DNA from: an uncultured Pseudohongiella sp.
Lineage (GTDB): Bacteria; Pseudomonadota; Gammaproteobacteria; Pseudomonadales; Pseudohongiellaceae
Assembly: GCA_902537815.1 (NCBI GenBank)
Contig: CACBCS010000001.1
Coordinates: 19,213 to 83,212 of the forward strand
Direction: 5' to 3'
Length of the DNA: 64,000 nt
A model generated the notes under the pieces. It ran no database searches. It was not told where the DNA came from and saw nothing but the letters and a program-made list of their open reading frames with translations. The translations under genes and the position numbers were made by a program. Positions 1 through 11,287 of this stretch are shown piece after piece (position 1 is the stretch's first letter; the number at the start of each line of letters is the position of its first letter).

Positions 1-737
1 ATTTATACGCGCATTCCGACCGTGTCCTCAGTAGTGACGTCAGTCAGCGGTTTGACGAACTCGTCCGTCGACGCGCTCAGTCAGAACCGATTGCCTACTT
101 GCTGGGTGAGAAAAGTTTCTGGGATCTGACGCTGAAAGTCTCCCCTGCAGTTGTGATTCCCCGACCGGAGACGGAATTGCTGGTTGAAACTGCGCTGGGC
201 CTCGGCGTCTGTGCCACATCGCGACAGGTCGCGGATCTTGGTACCGGCAGCGGTGCCATCGCACTGGCTGTCGGGAAATCACGACCTCGATGGCGCATCA
301 CAGGGACAGACATCAGTCCCGACGCCCTGGAGATCGCCCGGCAAAACAGGGAGACTCTGGGCTTGGGTAATGTCGCCTTCAAGGAGGGTTCCTGGTGCGA
401 CGTGTTAGCGGGCGGGACAATGGATATCATTATCGCCAATCCGCCTTATATCGCCCCGGACGACCCGCATTTGACTCTGGGAGAGCTGCGCTATGAGCCC
501 GTTATGGCCTTGCGTGCCGACTCAGATGGCTATCGGGATCTGCAGTGCATAGCGGCACAGGCGAGCGAAAAGTTGGCATCAGGAGGCTGGCTGCTGATGG
601 AGCATGGCTATGCGCAGCAGGAGACATTGCAGGCCTTGCTGCGGGACTTTGGCTACAGCGATGTGGAGGGTAAGAAGGATCTTGCCGGTGTGCCGCGAAT
701 GGTACAGGCCCGTTGGCCCGGTCCAGTGAGTGACTAG
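1..737 (+). CDS. prmC: release factor glutamine N5-methyltransferase PrmC/HemK, 5' end outside the window
   Basis: Frame 3 is open from nt 3, upstream of the TTG at 99. EPIAYLLGEKSFW, SAM-binding DLGTGSGAIAL and catalytic IIANPPY motifs are present. Confidence 0.85.
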   Translation, partial: LYAHSDRVLSSDVSQRFDELVRRRAQSEPIAYLLGEKSFWDLTLKVSPAVVIPRPETELLVETALGLGVCATSRQVADLGTGSGAIALAVGKSRPRWRITGTDISPDALEIARQNRETLGLGNVAFKEGSWCDVLAGGTMDIIIANPPYIAPDDPHLTLGELRYEPVMALRADSDGYRDLQCIAAQASEKLASGGWLLMEHGYAQQETLQALLRDFGYSDVEGKKDLAGVPRMVQARWPGPVSD

Positions 738-812
738 ACTCCGTATAACTTGTCATAATCCGGATGGCTGACAACATCCGCGCCGTGTTAACTGAAAAGA
801 ATCCTGCACATC

Positions 813-1565
813 ATGAAAGATGCTTCTTTGCTCCGATATAGCCGCCAGATCATGCTGCCGGAGTTCGATATAGCCGGTCAGGAGCGTCTGAACGAAGCGA
901 GGGTGCTTGTCGTCGGTATGGGTGGCCTCGGATGTCCTGCTGCGATGTATCTGGCAGCAGCCGGCGTCGGCAGCCTGATTATTGTCGATGATGACACCGT
1001 TGAACTGACCAATTTACAGCGGCAGATCGCCCACACTGAACGTGATCTGGGCCAATCCAAAGTGGAGTCAGCAAAAAATACTTTGGCAGCTCTGAACCCG
1101 GGGGTGGATGTGCTTGCGATCAATGAGCGTGTTGATGCTGGCCGCCTCTGCGAGCTGGCTGAGCAGGTGGATGTGGTTGTTGATGCCTGCGATAACTTTA
1201 CTACGCGCTTTGCCGTCAATGCGGCTGCGATCCAGGTAGGTAAGCCACTGGTCTCCGGTGCAGCGATTCGCATGGAGGGGCAGGTGGCTGTTTTTGATTC
1301 GAGAAATCCTGCCAGCCCATGTTACCAGTGCCTTTATCGGCCGGGAGGGAGTGATGACAGCTCTTGCTCGGCAAATGGTGTCATGGCGCCCGTTGTCGGC
1401 GTCATTGGTTCATTGCAGGCATTGGAAACCATCAAGGTCATTGCCAGTTATGGTGAACCGCTGGTCGGCAGGCTGCTTATTTTCGACGGGCTGACAATGA
1501 GCTGGCGCGAGGTGAAGCTGCCGCGGGATACAAACTGTGTGGCCTGCCGCCACCGGCCGGCCTGA
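813..1565 (+). CDS. moeB: molybdopterin-synthase adenylyltransferase (MoeB/ThiF E1-like family)
   Basis: 250 aa. LRYSRQI N-terminus, VVGMGGLGCP nucleotide loop, and CYQC / CVAC zinc-type cysteine pairs. Collinear with E. coli MoeB as I recall it. Confidence 0.8.
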   Translation: MKDASLLRYSRQIMLPEFDIAGQERLNEARVLVVGMGGLGCPAAMYLAAAGVGSLIIVDDDTVELTNLQRQIAHTERDLGQSKVESAKNTLAALNPGVDVLAINERVDAGRLCELAEQVDVVVDACDNFTTRFAVNAAAIQVGKPLVSGAAIRMEGQVAVFDSRNPASPCYQCLYRPGGSDDSSCSANGVMAPVVGVIGSLQALETIKVIASYGEPLVGRLLIFDGLTMSWREVKLPRDTNCVACRHRPA

Positions 1566-1672
1566 CCGGTTTTCGCGATCGTCCCGCCGATCTTCCAATT
1601 GCTTATGTATACCCATCTAGCTATCATGCCGGCGCTTGGCCTTGCGGCGTCAACTATCAGCAGTAATTAACC

Positions 1673-2932
1673 ATGACAGACAAATCCGGCGAGCAACAGC
1701 TGTCGTTCGACCACTTTGAGCTGCAAAAACCGCTCAGAGAGGCAATCGATCAGCTCGGTTTTGAGTTTTGTACCCCGATTCAGGCGCAAAGCCTTGTCCA
1801 CACTCTGGCCGGACACGACGTGACGGGTAAAGCGCAAACAGGCACCGGCAAAACAGCGGCTTTCCTGATTACGATCATCAACGACCTGTTGAGCAACCCG
1901 ATCGAAGAAAAACGGTATCTGGCTGAACCAAGAGCGCTTGTCGTGGCTCCGACCCGCGAGCTGGCGATACAGATTGCCAGCGATGCCGGCAAGCTGACTG
2001 CTTGCTGTGATCTGCATACGGTTACCCTGGTGGGCGGAGAAGACTATCAGAAACAAAACCGGGCGCTGGATGCCAAGCCGGTTGATCTCGTGGTTGCGAC
2101 TCCCGGGCGACTGCTGGATTTCGTGTCCAATGATAATTTATACCTGGGCCTTATTGAGCTGTTGGTGCTGGATGAAGCTGACCGCATGCTTGATATGGGA
2201 TTCATTCCGCAGGTGCGCCAGATTGTGGCCAGAACGCCAAGAAAAGATTGTCGGCAAACGCTTCTGTTCAGCGCAACCTTTACCCCTGAAATTGCCGAGC
2301 TGACTACCCGCTGGGCCATGGACCCTATCATGGTTGAAGTCGAGCCTGAAAAGGTCGCTGCAGATGCAGTTGATCAGGTCGTTTACCTGGTGACAAATGC
2401 TGCCAAATACAACCTGCTGTATCAGCTTGTTATTCAACCGGAAGTTGAGAAAGTGATGGTTTTCAGCAATCGTCGCGATCAGGTGCGGCGGCTGGCTGAT
2501 AATCTTTACCGCAATGGTATTGATTGTGGTCTGCTGTCCGGCGAGATCGCGCAGAATAAGCGAATCCGCACGCTGGAGGACTTCAAATCAGGCAAGCTCA
2601 AGGTGCTGGTCGCGACTGATGTGGCGGGCAGAGGCCTGCATATTGATGGTGTCACGCATGTCATCAACTACACCTTACCGGAAGAGCCGGAGGACTACGT
2701 CCATCGCATCGGGCGTACCGGTCGGGCCGGAGCGGTGGGTACTTCAATCAGCTTTGCCTGTGAGGAAGACTCATTTCTGCTGCCGGATATTGAAGAAAAA
2801 CTGGGTCAAAACCTGGAGTGCACCCACCCGGAAGAGAGTTTGCTGGAGACGCCGCCTGCGTTCTCACGACCCTCACGATTTAAGGAAAAGAGTGCCCGAC
2901 CCAGTCGGGGCGGTGGTGCTCGCCGACGCTGA
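1673..2932 (+). CDS. rhlB: ATP-dependent DEAD-box RNA helicase RhlB
   Basis: 419 aa. Motifs AQTGTGKT, PTRELA, DEAD, SAT and HRIGRTGRAG. Arg-rich C-terminal tail as in RhlB. Confidence 0.8.
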   Translation: MTDKSGEQQLSFDHFELQKPLREAIDQLGFEFCTPIQAQSLVHTLAGHDVTGKAQTGTGKTAAFLITIINDLLSNPIEEKRYLAEPRALVVAPTRELAIQIASDAGKLTACCDLHTVTLVGGEDYQKQNRALDAKPVDLVVATPGRLLDFVSNDNLYLGLIELLVLDEADRMLDMGFIPQVRQIVARTPRKDCRQTLLFSATFTPEIAELTTRWAMDPIMVEVEPEKVAADAVDQVVYLVTNAAKYNLLYQLVIQPEVEKVMVFSNRRDQVRRLADNLYRNGIDCGLLSGEIAQNKRIRTLEDFKSGKLKVLVATDVAGRGLHIDGVTHVINYTLPEEPEDYVHRIGRTGRAGAVGTSISFACEEDSFLLPDIEEKLGQNLECTHPEESLLETPPAFSRPSRFKEKSARPSRGGGARRR

Positions 2933-2940
2933 GCCGCTCT

Positions 2941-4371
2941 TTACTGCATCTTCTCCCGCAGCAATTGATTGACCTGGCCGGGATTGGCCTTTCCTTGGGA
3001 AAGTTTCATGGCCTGGCCCACCAGGAAGCCCAGCACTGCTTCCTTGCCATCTCTGAATTGTTGCACCTGTTCAGGGTGGTTGGTGATGACCTCGTCTACC
3101 AGCGACTCGATTGCGCCACTGTCGGTGACTTGTTTCAGTCCTCGTGATTCGATGATCTGGTCGACGTCGGATCCGTCTTCCAGCATGGCTTCAAAGACAG
3201 TTTTACCGATCTTGCCAGAAATGGTGTCGTCCTTGATTCTCTGGATCAGCCTCGCCAGACGCTCGGCCTGAATAGGCGACTCGGCAAGGTCCCAGTTGTT
3301 CTTGTTCAGGGCAGCCTGCAGATCTCCGGTCACCCAGTTCGCTGCCATCTTGGCGTCGCCACTGCTGCGCGCCACAGTCTCGAAGTATTCGGCCATTTCG
3401 CGGGTCGCCGTCAGGACGCCAGCATCATAGTCGCTGAGGCCGTATTCGCTGACAAACCGCGCGCTTTTGGCATCGGGCAATTCCGGCAGGGTGGCCCGTA
3501 TCGCCTCGATGTAGGTGTCGTCGATCTCTACTGGCAGCAGGTCCGGCTCAGGAAAGTAGCGATAGTCGTTGGCGAATTCTTTGCTGCGCATGGGTGAACT
3601 GGTATCGCGCTCGGCATCATAGCGCCTGGTCTCCTGAATCACGGTACCGCCGTCTTCCAGCACATCCTGCTGACGCTGAATTTCTGAATTAATGGCTTTT
3701 TCGACAAATCGAAACGAGTTGATGTTTTTCAACTCGGTGCGCGTTCCGAGTTCAGTGCTGCCCTTTGATCTGATCGATACATTCACATCGCAACGCATGG
3801 AACCCTGAGCCATGATCGCATCGGAAATATCCAGATAGCGCACGATGGCATGCAGTTTCTTGAGGTAGGCTACAGCCTCTTTGGCATTTCTGATTTCTGG
3901 CTCCGACACAATTTCCAGCAGCGGTTCTCCCGAGCGGTTGAGATCAATACCTGACATGCCGTGGAAATCTTCATGCAGGGACTTGCCGGCATTCTCTTCG
4001 ATGTGCGCGCGGGTGACTCCTATGTGCCTTTCGCTGCCGTCTTCCAGTGAGATGGTCAGTGAGCCTTTGCCGACTGTGGGGAAGTCGAGTTGGGTGACCT
4101 GATAGCCTTTGGGCAAATCCGGATAGAAATAGTTTTTCCGGTCGAATACTGACCGCTTTCCGATTTCTGCATCGATTGCCAGGCCAAATTTGACGGCCAT
4201 CCGCAGTGCCTCTTTATTCAGCACAGGCAGAGTGCCCGGCATGGCCAGATCGAAAATATTGGCTTCAGTGTTCGGCTCAGCGCCAAAGATGGATGCAGTT
4301 CCTGAAAACAGTTTGGTGTTGGTGGACAGTGATACGTGCACTTCAAGTCCGATAACGGCTTCCCATTCCAT
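2941..4371 (-). CDS. gatB: Asp/Glu-tRNA(Asn/Gln) amidotransferase subunit B
   Basis: 476 aa. [14 protein letters not shown]-terminus typical of GatB. Directly follows gatA on the minus strand. Confidence 0.95.
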   Translation of the reverse strand: MEWEAVIGLEVHVSLSTNTKLFSGTASIFGAEPNTEANIFDLAMPGTLPVLNKEALRMAVKFGLAIDAEIGKRSVFDRKNYFYPDLPKGYQVTQLDFPTVGKGSLTISLEDGSERHIGVTRAHIEENAGKSLHEDFHGMSGIDLNRSGEPLLEIVSEPEIRNAKEAVAYLKKLHAIVRYLDISDAIMAQGSMRCDVNVSIRSKGSTELGTRTELKNINSFRFVEKAINSEIQRQQDVLEDGGTVIQETRRYDAERDTSSPMRSKEFANDYRYFPEPDLLPVEIDDTYIEAIRATLPELPDAKSARFVSEYGLSDYDAGVLTATREMAEYFETVARSSGDAKMAANWVTGDLQAALNKNNWDLAESPIQAERLARLIQRIKDDTISGKIGKTVFEAMLEDGSDVDQIIESRGLKQVTDSGAIESLVDEVITNHPEQVQQFRDGKEAVLGFLVGQAMKLSQGKANPGQVNQLLREKMQ

Positions 4372-4372
4372 A

Positions 4373-5833
4373 TCAGTGACCCTCCTCGAAGGCGGTTGCC
4401 CGCAAACGGTGCCAATCTGTATTCAGCTGGAACTGATGTGCGACATTGAGCAGGAGTGATTCGGCGAAATCGCTGGCCACCAGGTGCATACCAACGGGCA
4501 AGCCGTCCGCCAGACCGGCGGGCACGGACATACCGGGCAATCCTGCCAAATTCACCGCGATCGTATAGATATCCTCAAGATACATGGCGACCGGATCTGT
4601 CTTGGCTCCCAGGGTGAACGCCGTATGCGGTGAAGTCGGACCGATAATGATGTCAACCTGCTGGAAAGCGGCGTTGAAATCCTGTTTGATCAGGCGTCGA
4701 ATTTTTTGCGCTTTACGGTAGTAAGCATCGTAAAAGCCCGCTGACAGTGCGTAGGTCCCGACCATGATCCGGCGCTTGACCTCATCTCCGAACCCTTCGC
4801 TGCGTGATCTTTTGTACATGTCCTCAAGGTCGACCGGGTTGTCACAGCGATAGCCGTATCTCACGCCATCAAACCTCGACAGGTTGGCAGAAGCCTCGGC
4901 CGGCGCGACCACATAATACGCGCTCACGGAGAGGTGGTTGTTCGGCAGGTCAATGTCGATCAGTTGAGCGCCAAGCTTTTCATAGACGCCAAGCGCTTCT
5001 CGCACTGCCTGCTCAACTTCAGGAGACAGGCCCTCGGCGAAGTGTTGCCGGGGAATCCCGATGCGCAAACCCTGCAGAGAGTTGTTCAGGTCGGCCGTAT
5101 AGTCTTCCACCGGCACATCGGCGCAGGTGCTGTCTTTGGTGTCAAGCCCGGCCATGGCGTTGAGCATCAGAGCTGCGTCTTCGGCGCTTTTGCAGATCGG
5201 GCCGGCCTGATCAAGGCTGGAGGCGAAGGCAATCATGCCCCAGCGAGAAATCCGCCCGTAACTGGGTTTTAGCCCGGTGATCCCGCAAAACGCGGCAGGT
5301 TGTCGAATCGAGCCTCCGGTGTCGGTGCCGGTTGCCATAGCGCATAGGTCAGCTGCTATCGCGGCGGCAGACCCGCCGGAAGAGCCACCGGGCACCCGGT
5401 CTGTGTCCCAGGGATTTTTGACAGGCCCGAAATAGCTGGTTTCATTGGATGATCCCATGGCGAATTCATCCATATTGGTTTTACCCAACATGACTGCGCC
5501 AGCGTCGTTGAACCGGCTCACGACGGTCGCGTCATAGGGGGCGATGAAGTTGTGCAGCATCTTTGAGCCACAGCTTGTCTTGATGCCCGAGGTGCAGAAG
5601 ATGTCCTTGTGAGCGAGGGGGATGCCGAGCAAAGGGGAAGTCAGTCCGTCAGCTCTCGCTGTATCCGCCTGCGCTGCCTGGGTGAGTGCTGATTCCTCGC
5701 AAACCGTAACAAAGGCATTAAGAGTGCTGTTGTACTGATTGATCCGGTCGAGATATGCCTGCGTCAGTTCGACGCTGGAGATGTCACCACGACTCAACGA
5801 ACCGGAGAGTTCTGCGACTGTTTTTTCTATCAT
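4373..5833 (-). CDS. gatA: Asp/Glu-tRNA(Asn/Gln) amidotransferase subunit A
   Basis: 486 aa with amidase signature [10 protein letters not shown]. Sits in gatC-gatA-gatB order. Confidence 0.95.
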   Translation of the reverse strand: MIEKTVAELSGSLSRGDISSVELTQAYLDRINQYNSTLNAFVTVCEESALTQAAQADTARADGLTSPLLGIPLAHKDIFCTSGIKTSCGSKMLHNFIAPYDATVVSRFNDAGAVMLGKTNMDEFAMGSSNETSYFGPVKNPWDTDRVPGGSSGGSAAAIAADLCAMATGTDTGGSIRQPAAFCGITGLKPSYGRISRWGMIAFASSLDQAGPICKSAEDAALMLNAMAGLDTKDSTCADVPVEDYTADLNNSLQGLRIGIPRQHFAEGLSPEVEQAVREALGVYEKLGAQLIDIDLPNNHLSVSAYYVVAPAEASANLSRFDGVRYGYRCDNPVDLEDMYKRSRSEGFGDEVKRRIMVGTYALSAGFYDAYYRKAQKIRRLIKQDFNAAFQQVDIIIGPTSPHTAFTLGAKTDPVAMYLEDIYTIAVNLAGLPGMSVPAGLADGLPVGMHLVASDFAESLLLNVAHQFQLNTDWHRLRATAFEEGH

Positions 5834-5890
5834 GAGTTAATTTGGCCTGAATTTAACGGATTTCAGTGGGCGAATCTTGCGTAGAGGGCA

Positions 5891-6178
5891 CTATTCAATG
5901 ACCTTGGGGACCAGATAGAGGCCTTCGTCAACCTCCGGCGCAAGCTGCTGGAGTTCGTCGCGACGGTTGGATTCGGTCACATCGTCCTCTCTCAGTCGTT
6001 GGGTTATGTCAAGCGGGTGGGCGAGCGGTGCGACAGCATCTGTATCTACCGACTGCATTTGATCGATCAGGGCAAGAATGTCCGTGATTCGTCCGGTCAC
6101 TTCGTCTTTTTCTGTGTGGCTGATGTGAAGACGCGCCAGCTGCGCGACTTTTTCTACTTCTGTTTTGTCGAATGCCAT
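5891..6178 (-). CDS. gatC: Asp/Glu-tRNA(Asn/Gln) amidotransferase subunit C
   Basis: The internal ATG (MAFDKTEVEKVAQLARL...) gives the normal 95-aa GatC. The GTG-initiated 27-aa extension in the ORF track looks spurious. Confidence 0.9.
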   Translation of the reverse strand: MAFDKTEVEKVAQLARLHISHTEKDEVTGRITDILALIDQMQSVDTDAVAPLAHPLDITQRLREDDVTESNRRDELQQLAPEVDEGLYLVPKVIE

Positions 6179-6492
6179 ACTAGGTGCTCCGGCTCGCGCC
6201 AAGATGTGTCTGTGACGTGGTGAGCCAGATATTTCGAGGCTGCCACTTGCTCTCGCCACCCGCGGTTGCTAGAGTTCGAGCTAATTCGCGCGGACGCGAG
6301 ATTATACAGGAAATTCGGCAACTTAGGTGAATTTCGGTCGATTTTGCCGATGGCGGGCTCCGGGAGATTCCATCAGCCAAACTAATCCTCTCCAGCGTTC
6401 CAAAAAAAGTGCCTCGCACACTCAATCATTAGGCTCATTTGCCGTCTAATTATGGAATAACAACCGTTGCCGGGATTGGAATCATCTTTTAA

Positions 6493-7551
<1,059 letters not shown>

Positions 7552-7655
7552 CAGCGTGCCTCTGTCAGGGCGTTAGCTCCGAACGCCGCGGTGGCGGCAG
7601 CAATTCAGGAAATTGTGAGGGTAAGCTCATCGACAAAACGCTTTTCATCAAAGGT

Positions 7656-8573
7656 GTGGCGCTCGAATACCGGGCCTTGTCTTTCCTCTTGCTTTCAATC
7701 TGTCTCATGGTGGCAGATAGCCGGTTTTCGTATCTGGAACAGCTGCGCTTCGGTTTGGGCTACGCGGCTACGCCGGTTTACTGGGTTGCAGACATTCCTA
7801 GCCGGGTTTCATTCTGGATCGATGATGTGTTCGTTTCCCGGACGGACCTGCTTGAAGAAAACGAGCGATTAAGGGAAGACCTGCTGATTGCGCAGCGGGA
7901 ATTGCAGCTTCTTGAATCCTTGGCCAGTGAGAACTCTCGGTTGCGCGATCTTCGGGAGGCGACTCAGGTGATCACCGGTGAGGTGCTGCCGGCTGAGATC
8001 ATCAATGTGTCTCCTGACCCCTATTCGAAGAGAGTTCTGATTAACAAAGGTTCCGCTGACGGAGTATTCGTAGGTCAAGCTCTGCTCGATTCCCGCGGGC
8101 TGATGGGGCAGGTCGATGAATTGCTACCCTTCACCGCCTGGGTGCTGCTGATCACCGACTCTCATCACGTCACACCGGTTGAGGTGAATCGTAACGGCGA
8201 ACGGGCTTTAGCTCGCGGCAGTCGCACGACGTCAACCGAGCTTGAACTTGAATTCGTCACCCAGACTCAGGATATGCAGGCGGGTGACATGCTCGTCAGT
8301 TCGGGAATGGGGCAGGTCTATCCAAAAAACTATCCGGTGGCCAGAATAACAAGTATTTCCAAAGATCCCGGGCAGGATTTTGCGCGAGTCTTGGCAGAGC
8401 CTCTCGCTCAGCTGGCCAGCACCCGACACGTCATGCTGGTCTTTACCAAGAATGAGACCGTTATGCCTGAATTCGAACTCGAGCAGATCTCGGCGGAGGG
8501 TCAGGGTGGGGCGGACACCGGCTCCGCTGAAAACCGGGTGTCACAGCGTAACTTGAGCCCTGCCGGTCAGTAG
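7656..8573 (+). CDS. mreC: rod shape-determining protein MreC (5' end uncertain, see finding)
   Basis: Follows mreB. TM segment LSFLLLSICLMVADSR, coiled-coil ENERLREDLL, and beta-domain with VGQALLDSRGLMGQV. Confidence 0.85.
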   Translation: MALEYRALSFLLLSICLMVADSRFSYLEQLRFGLGYAATPVYWVADIPSRVSFWIDDVFVSRTDLLEENERLREDLLIAQRELQLLESLASENSRLRDLREATQVITGEVLPAEIINVSPDPYSKRVLINKGSADGVFVGQALLDSRGLMGQVDELLPFTAWVLLITDSHHVTPVEVNRNGERALARGSRTTSTELELEFVTQTQDMQAGDMLVSSGMGQVYPKNYPVARITSISKDPGQDFARVLAEPLAQLASTRHVMLVFTKNETVMPEFELEQISAEGQGGADTGSAENRVSQRNLSPAGQ

Positions 8574-8580
8574 CCCCGTT

Positions 8581-9069
8581 ATGCAAAAAAAGGCACATGC
8601 AGTCTGGGTCATTTTTCTCACGTTTTTTCTCGCGTATCTGCTGGCGATTGTTCCATTTCCTGAGTGGGCAATGGATTACCGACCCGAGTGGGTGCCGATG
8701 GTGCTCATGTACTGGGTTATGGCGCTGCCTTACCGGGTTGGTATTGGCTCCGCCTGGGTGGCAGGGATCGTACTGGATGTGCTCGAGGGCTCAGTGCTCG
8801 GTTTAAATGCACTTGGCCTGGTTGTCATCGCTTACATCACCCTGAGCTTGCATCAGCGCCTGCGCATGTTCTCCTCGCTGCAGCAAGCGGGCCTGGTTTT
8901 TGCCATGGTCGGTATCAATCTGATGCTGAATCACTGGCTGTTGATATTAACCGGACAGACGGTCGCCTCGGGCCTTTTGTTCTTAATGGCTGCACTGACC
9001 AGCGCGATTATCTGGCCTTCCGTCTTTCAGCTGCTACGGCAGATTCGGCGGAGTTTCGACGTTCACTGA
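8581..9069 (+). CDS. mreD: rod shape-determining protein MreD
   Basis: 162-aa polytopic membrane protein immediately after mreC. Confidence 0.8.
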   Translation: MQKKAHAVWVIFLTFFLAYLLAIVPFPEWAMDYRPEWVPMVLMYWVMALPYRVGIGSAWVAGIVLDVLEGSVLGLNALGLVVIAYITLSLHQRLRMFSSLQQAGLVFAMVGINLMLNHWLLILTGQTVASGLLFLMAALTSAIIWPSVFQLLRQIRRSFDVH

Positions 9070-9100
9070 GCGCCACTGACGTTTGCATCTGGAAGTTGGC

Positions 9101-9721
9101 ATGACACACAGAATAATCCTGGCATCAGCGTCTCCCCGCCGCGCTCAGCTACTGACACAGCTCGGCGTCTGCTTCGACGTGCTTCCACAGGCCATTGATG
9201 AGACTCCCCAGAGCGGAGAAAGTGCAACAAAGCTGTCGCTGCGGCTGGCGTATGAAAAAGCCCAGTCTGCCCTTGCAGATGCCGGCCATGCCGGGGCGCT
9301 GGTTCTTGGTTCAGACACTGTGGTGGATGTCGATGACACGCTGTTGGGAAAGCCGGTCAACGGCGAAGATGCGGTAAGTATGCTGCTTCAGCTTTCGGGC
9401 CGGATTCACCGGGTCTGTACTGCTGTCAGCGTGGCCTCAAGGGAGTCATCTGCTTCTCGTCTCAGCGAAACCAGGGTGCGGTTCCGAGAGATTATTGATT
9501 CGGAAGCACATGCCTACTGGAATACTGGAGAACCCAAGGGCAAGGCCGGTGGCTACGCCATACAGGGCCGCGGCGCCGTGTTTGTTGAATCCATCAGCGG
9601 CAGCTACAGCGGAGTTATGGGTCTGCCTTTGTTCGAGACCGCTGCCTTGCTAGCCGAGTTTGGTGTGCCGCTCTGGCTATCACCCGCCGCCGTCGGCGAA
9701 AAGGATGATGCGCAGTCATGA
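9101..9721 (+). CDS. maf: Maf/YhdE nucleoside-triphosphate pyrophosphatase
   Basis: MTHRIILASASPRR N-terminus and GKAGGYAIQG motif. Start taken at the internal ATG behind a GGAAG RBS. Its stop overlaps the rng start (ATGA). Confidence 0.85.
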   Translation: MTHRIILASASPRRAQLLTQLGVCFDVLPQAIDETPQSGESATKLSLRLAYEKAQSALADAGHAGALVLGSDTVVDVDDTLLGKPVNGEDAVSMLLQLSGRIHRVCTAVSVASRESSASRLSETRVRFREIIDSEAHAYWNTGEPKGKAGGYAIQGRGAVFVESISGSYSGVMGLPLFETAALLAEFGVPLWLSPAAVGEKDDAQS

Positions 9722-11196
9722 GCGAAGAGATCCTCATTAATGTCACGATGATGGATACCAGGGTGGCCTTGCTCGAGAACGGGCTTCTGCAGGAAATCTT
9801 TATTGAGCGACACAATCGACACGGATATGTTGGCGATATTTTTCGAGGTAGGGTCGTGCGGGTAATGCCGGGCATGGAAGCAGCCTTCGTGGATATTGGT
9901 TTGGACCGGGCCGCTTTCATCCATAACTCGGACATTGTTTTACTTGATGCGGATGGGTGCGAACAGCGGGATGAGATTTCTCCGCCTATTCAGGAGAGGC
10001 TGAAAGACGGGCAGGACATTATTGTTCAGGTTGCGAAGGACGCTATCAGCAGTAAAGGCGCGAGGCTGACGACTCATCTGACTCTGCCATCCCGGAACCT
10101 GGTTTTCATGCCCCGCAACAACCATCTGGGCATTTCACAGCGCTTGGAAGACGAAGAGGAGCGGGAACGTCTGTTGGAACTCCTGCATGAAGTGCTCAGA
10201 CAAGAAAACTGGAGTGGTCCCGGGGGGTTTATTGTCCGCACTGCTGCGGAAGGGATTGAGGCAGAAGAATTCGTCGAAGACGTCAGATTTTTAAAACGAC
10301 TGTGGGACAAAGTCGAACAGCGCATTCAACGCAAGGACGGCGTCAAGGCGGTTTATCGCGAGGTTCCCCTGTACATGCGGACGGTCAGAGATCTGATCCG
10401 GCCGGAAGTTGAGAAGATTCGGGTTGATAATCAGGAAAAATTCGATGAGATGGTTCAGTTTCTGGAGGATTTTGTGCCGGAATTGGATACCAGACTGGAA
10501 TGCTACAGCGGTGAGCGACCAATTTTCGATTTTTACGGTATTGAAGATGAAATCGATCGGGCGCTGAGTAACAGGGTGAAGCTGAAATCCGGTGGAGACC
10601 TTGTGATTGAGCAAACTGAGGCGATGACGACGATTGATGTCAACACCGGTGCATATCTGGGAAGTCGGAATCACGCTGAGACGATCCTGAAAACCAACCT
10701 CGAAGCCGCCACTGCCATTGCCCGTCAGTTACGGGTGCGTAATCTGGGAGGGATCATCATTCTTGATTTCATTGATATGACAGATCCTGAGCATCAGCGT
10801 CAGGTGCAGCGAACGCTCGCCAAGGCGCTCGAGAAGGACAGGGCCCGCACCTCAATTACGGGTATTTCGCAACTCGGATTGATTGAAATGACCCGGAAAA
10901 GGACCAGGGAGAGTCTCGGTCAGATTCTTAACAGCGACTGTCCTGTCTGCGAAGGTCGCGGCACACAGAAATCGCCCGAAACTGTCTGCTATGAGATTTT
11001 TCGCGAAATCTTGCGAGTGGCCAGAGCCTATGAAAACGACATTTTGCTGGTGACGGCGTCACAGCGTGTGGTAGATCGATTGCTGGACGAGGAGTCTGTT
11101 ACGCTCGCGAGTCTTCAGGAATTGCTTGGCAAGACGGTCAAATTTGAAGTCGAACCTATGTATACTCAGGAGCAGTTCGACGTCGTTCTGACCTAG
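9718..11196 (+). CDS. rng: ribonuclease G
   Basis: 492 aa. S1 domain (GDIFRGRVVRVMPGMEAAFVDIG), RNase E/G catalytic core, and CPVCEGRG zinc-link. Confidence 0.9.
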   Translation: MSEEILINVTMMDTRVALLENGLLQEIFIERHNRHGYVGDIFRGRVVRVMPGMEAAFVDIGLDRAAFIHNSDIVLLDADGCEQRDEISPPIQERLKDGQDIIVQVAKDAISSKGARLTTHLTLPSRNLVFMPRNNHLGISQRLEDEEERERLLELLHEVLRQENWSGPGGFIVRTAAEGIEAEEFVEDVRFLKRLWDKVEQRIQRKDGVKAVYREVPLYMRTVRDLIRPEVEKIRVDNQEKFDEMVQFLEDFVPELDTRLECYSGERPIFDFYGIEDEIDRALSNRVKLKSGGDLVIEQTEAMTTIDVNTGAYLGSRNHAETILKTNLEAATAIARQLRVRNLGGIIILDFIDMTDPEHQRQVQRTLAKALEKDRARTSITGISQLGLIEMTRKRTRESLGQILNSDCPVCEGRGTQKSPETVCYEIFREILRVARAYENDILLVTASQRVVDRLLDEESVTLASLQELLGKTVKFEVEPMYTQEQFDVVLT

Positions 11197-11287
11197 CGGT
11201 CCGGCCTGTGCCCGACGACTGGAATTTAAGCCACTGTTCAGTGTACGGGAGATATAACGCTCAGGCTGCAACAACATCCGCTGATCG

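Noticed and set aside
6179-6259. GTG-initiated 27-aa N-terminal extension of gatC
   Set aside because: The extension (MARASGSLEISGSPRHRHILARAGAPS) is not GatC-like. The internal ATG gives the canonical 95-aa protein.
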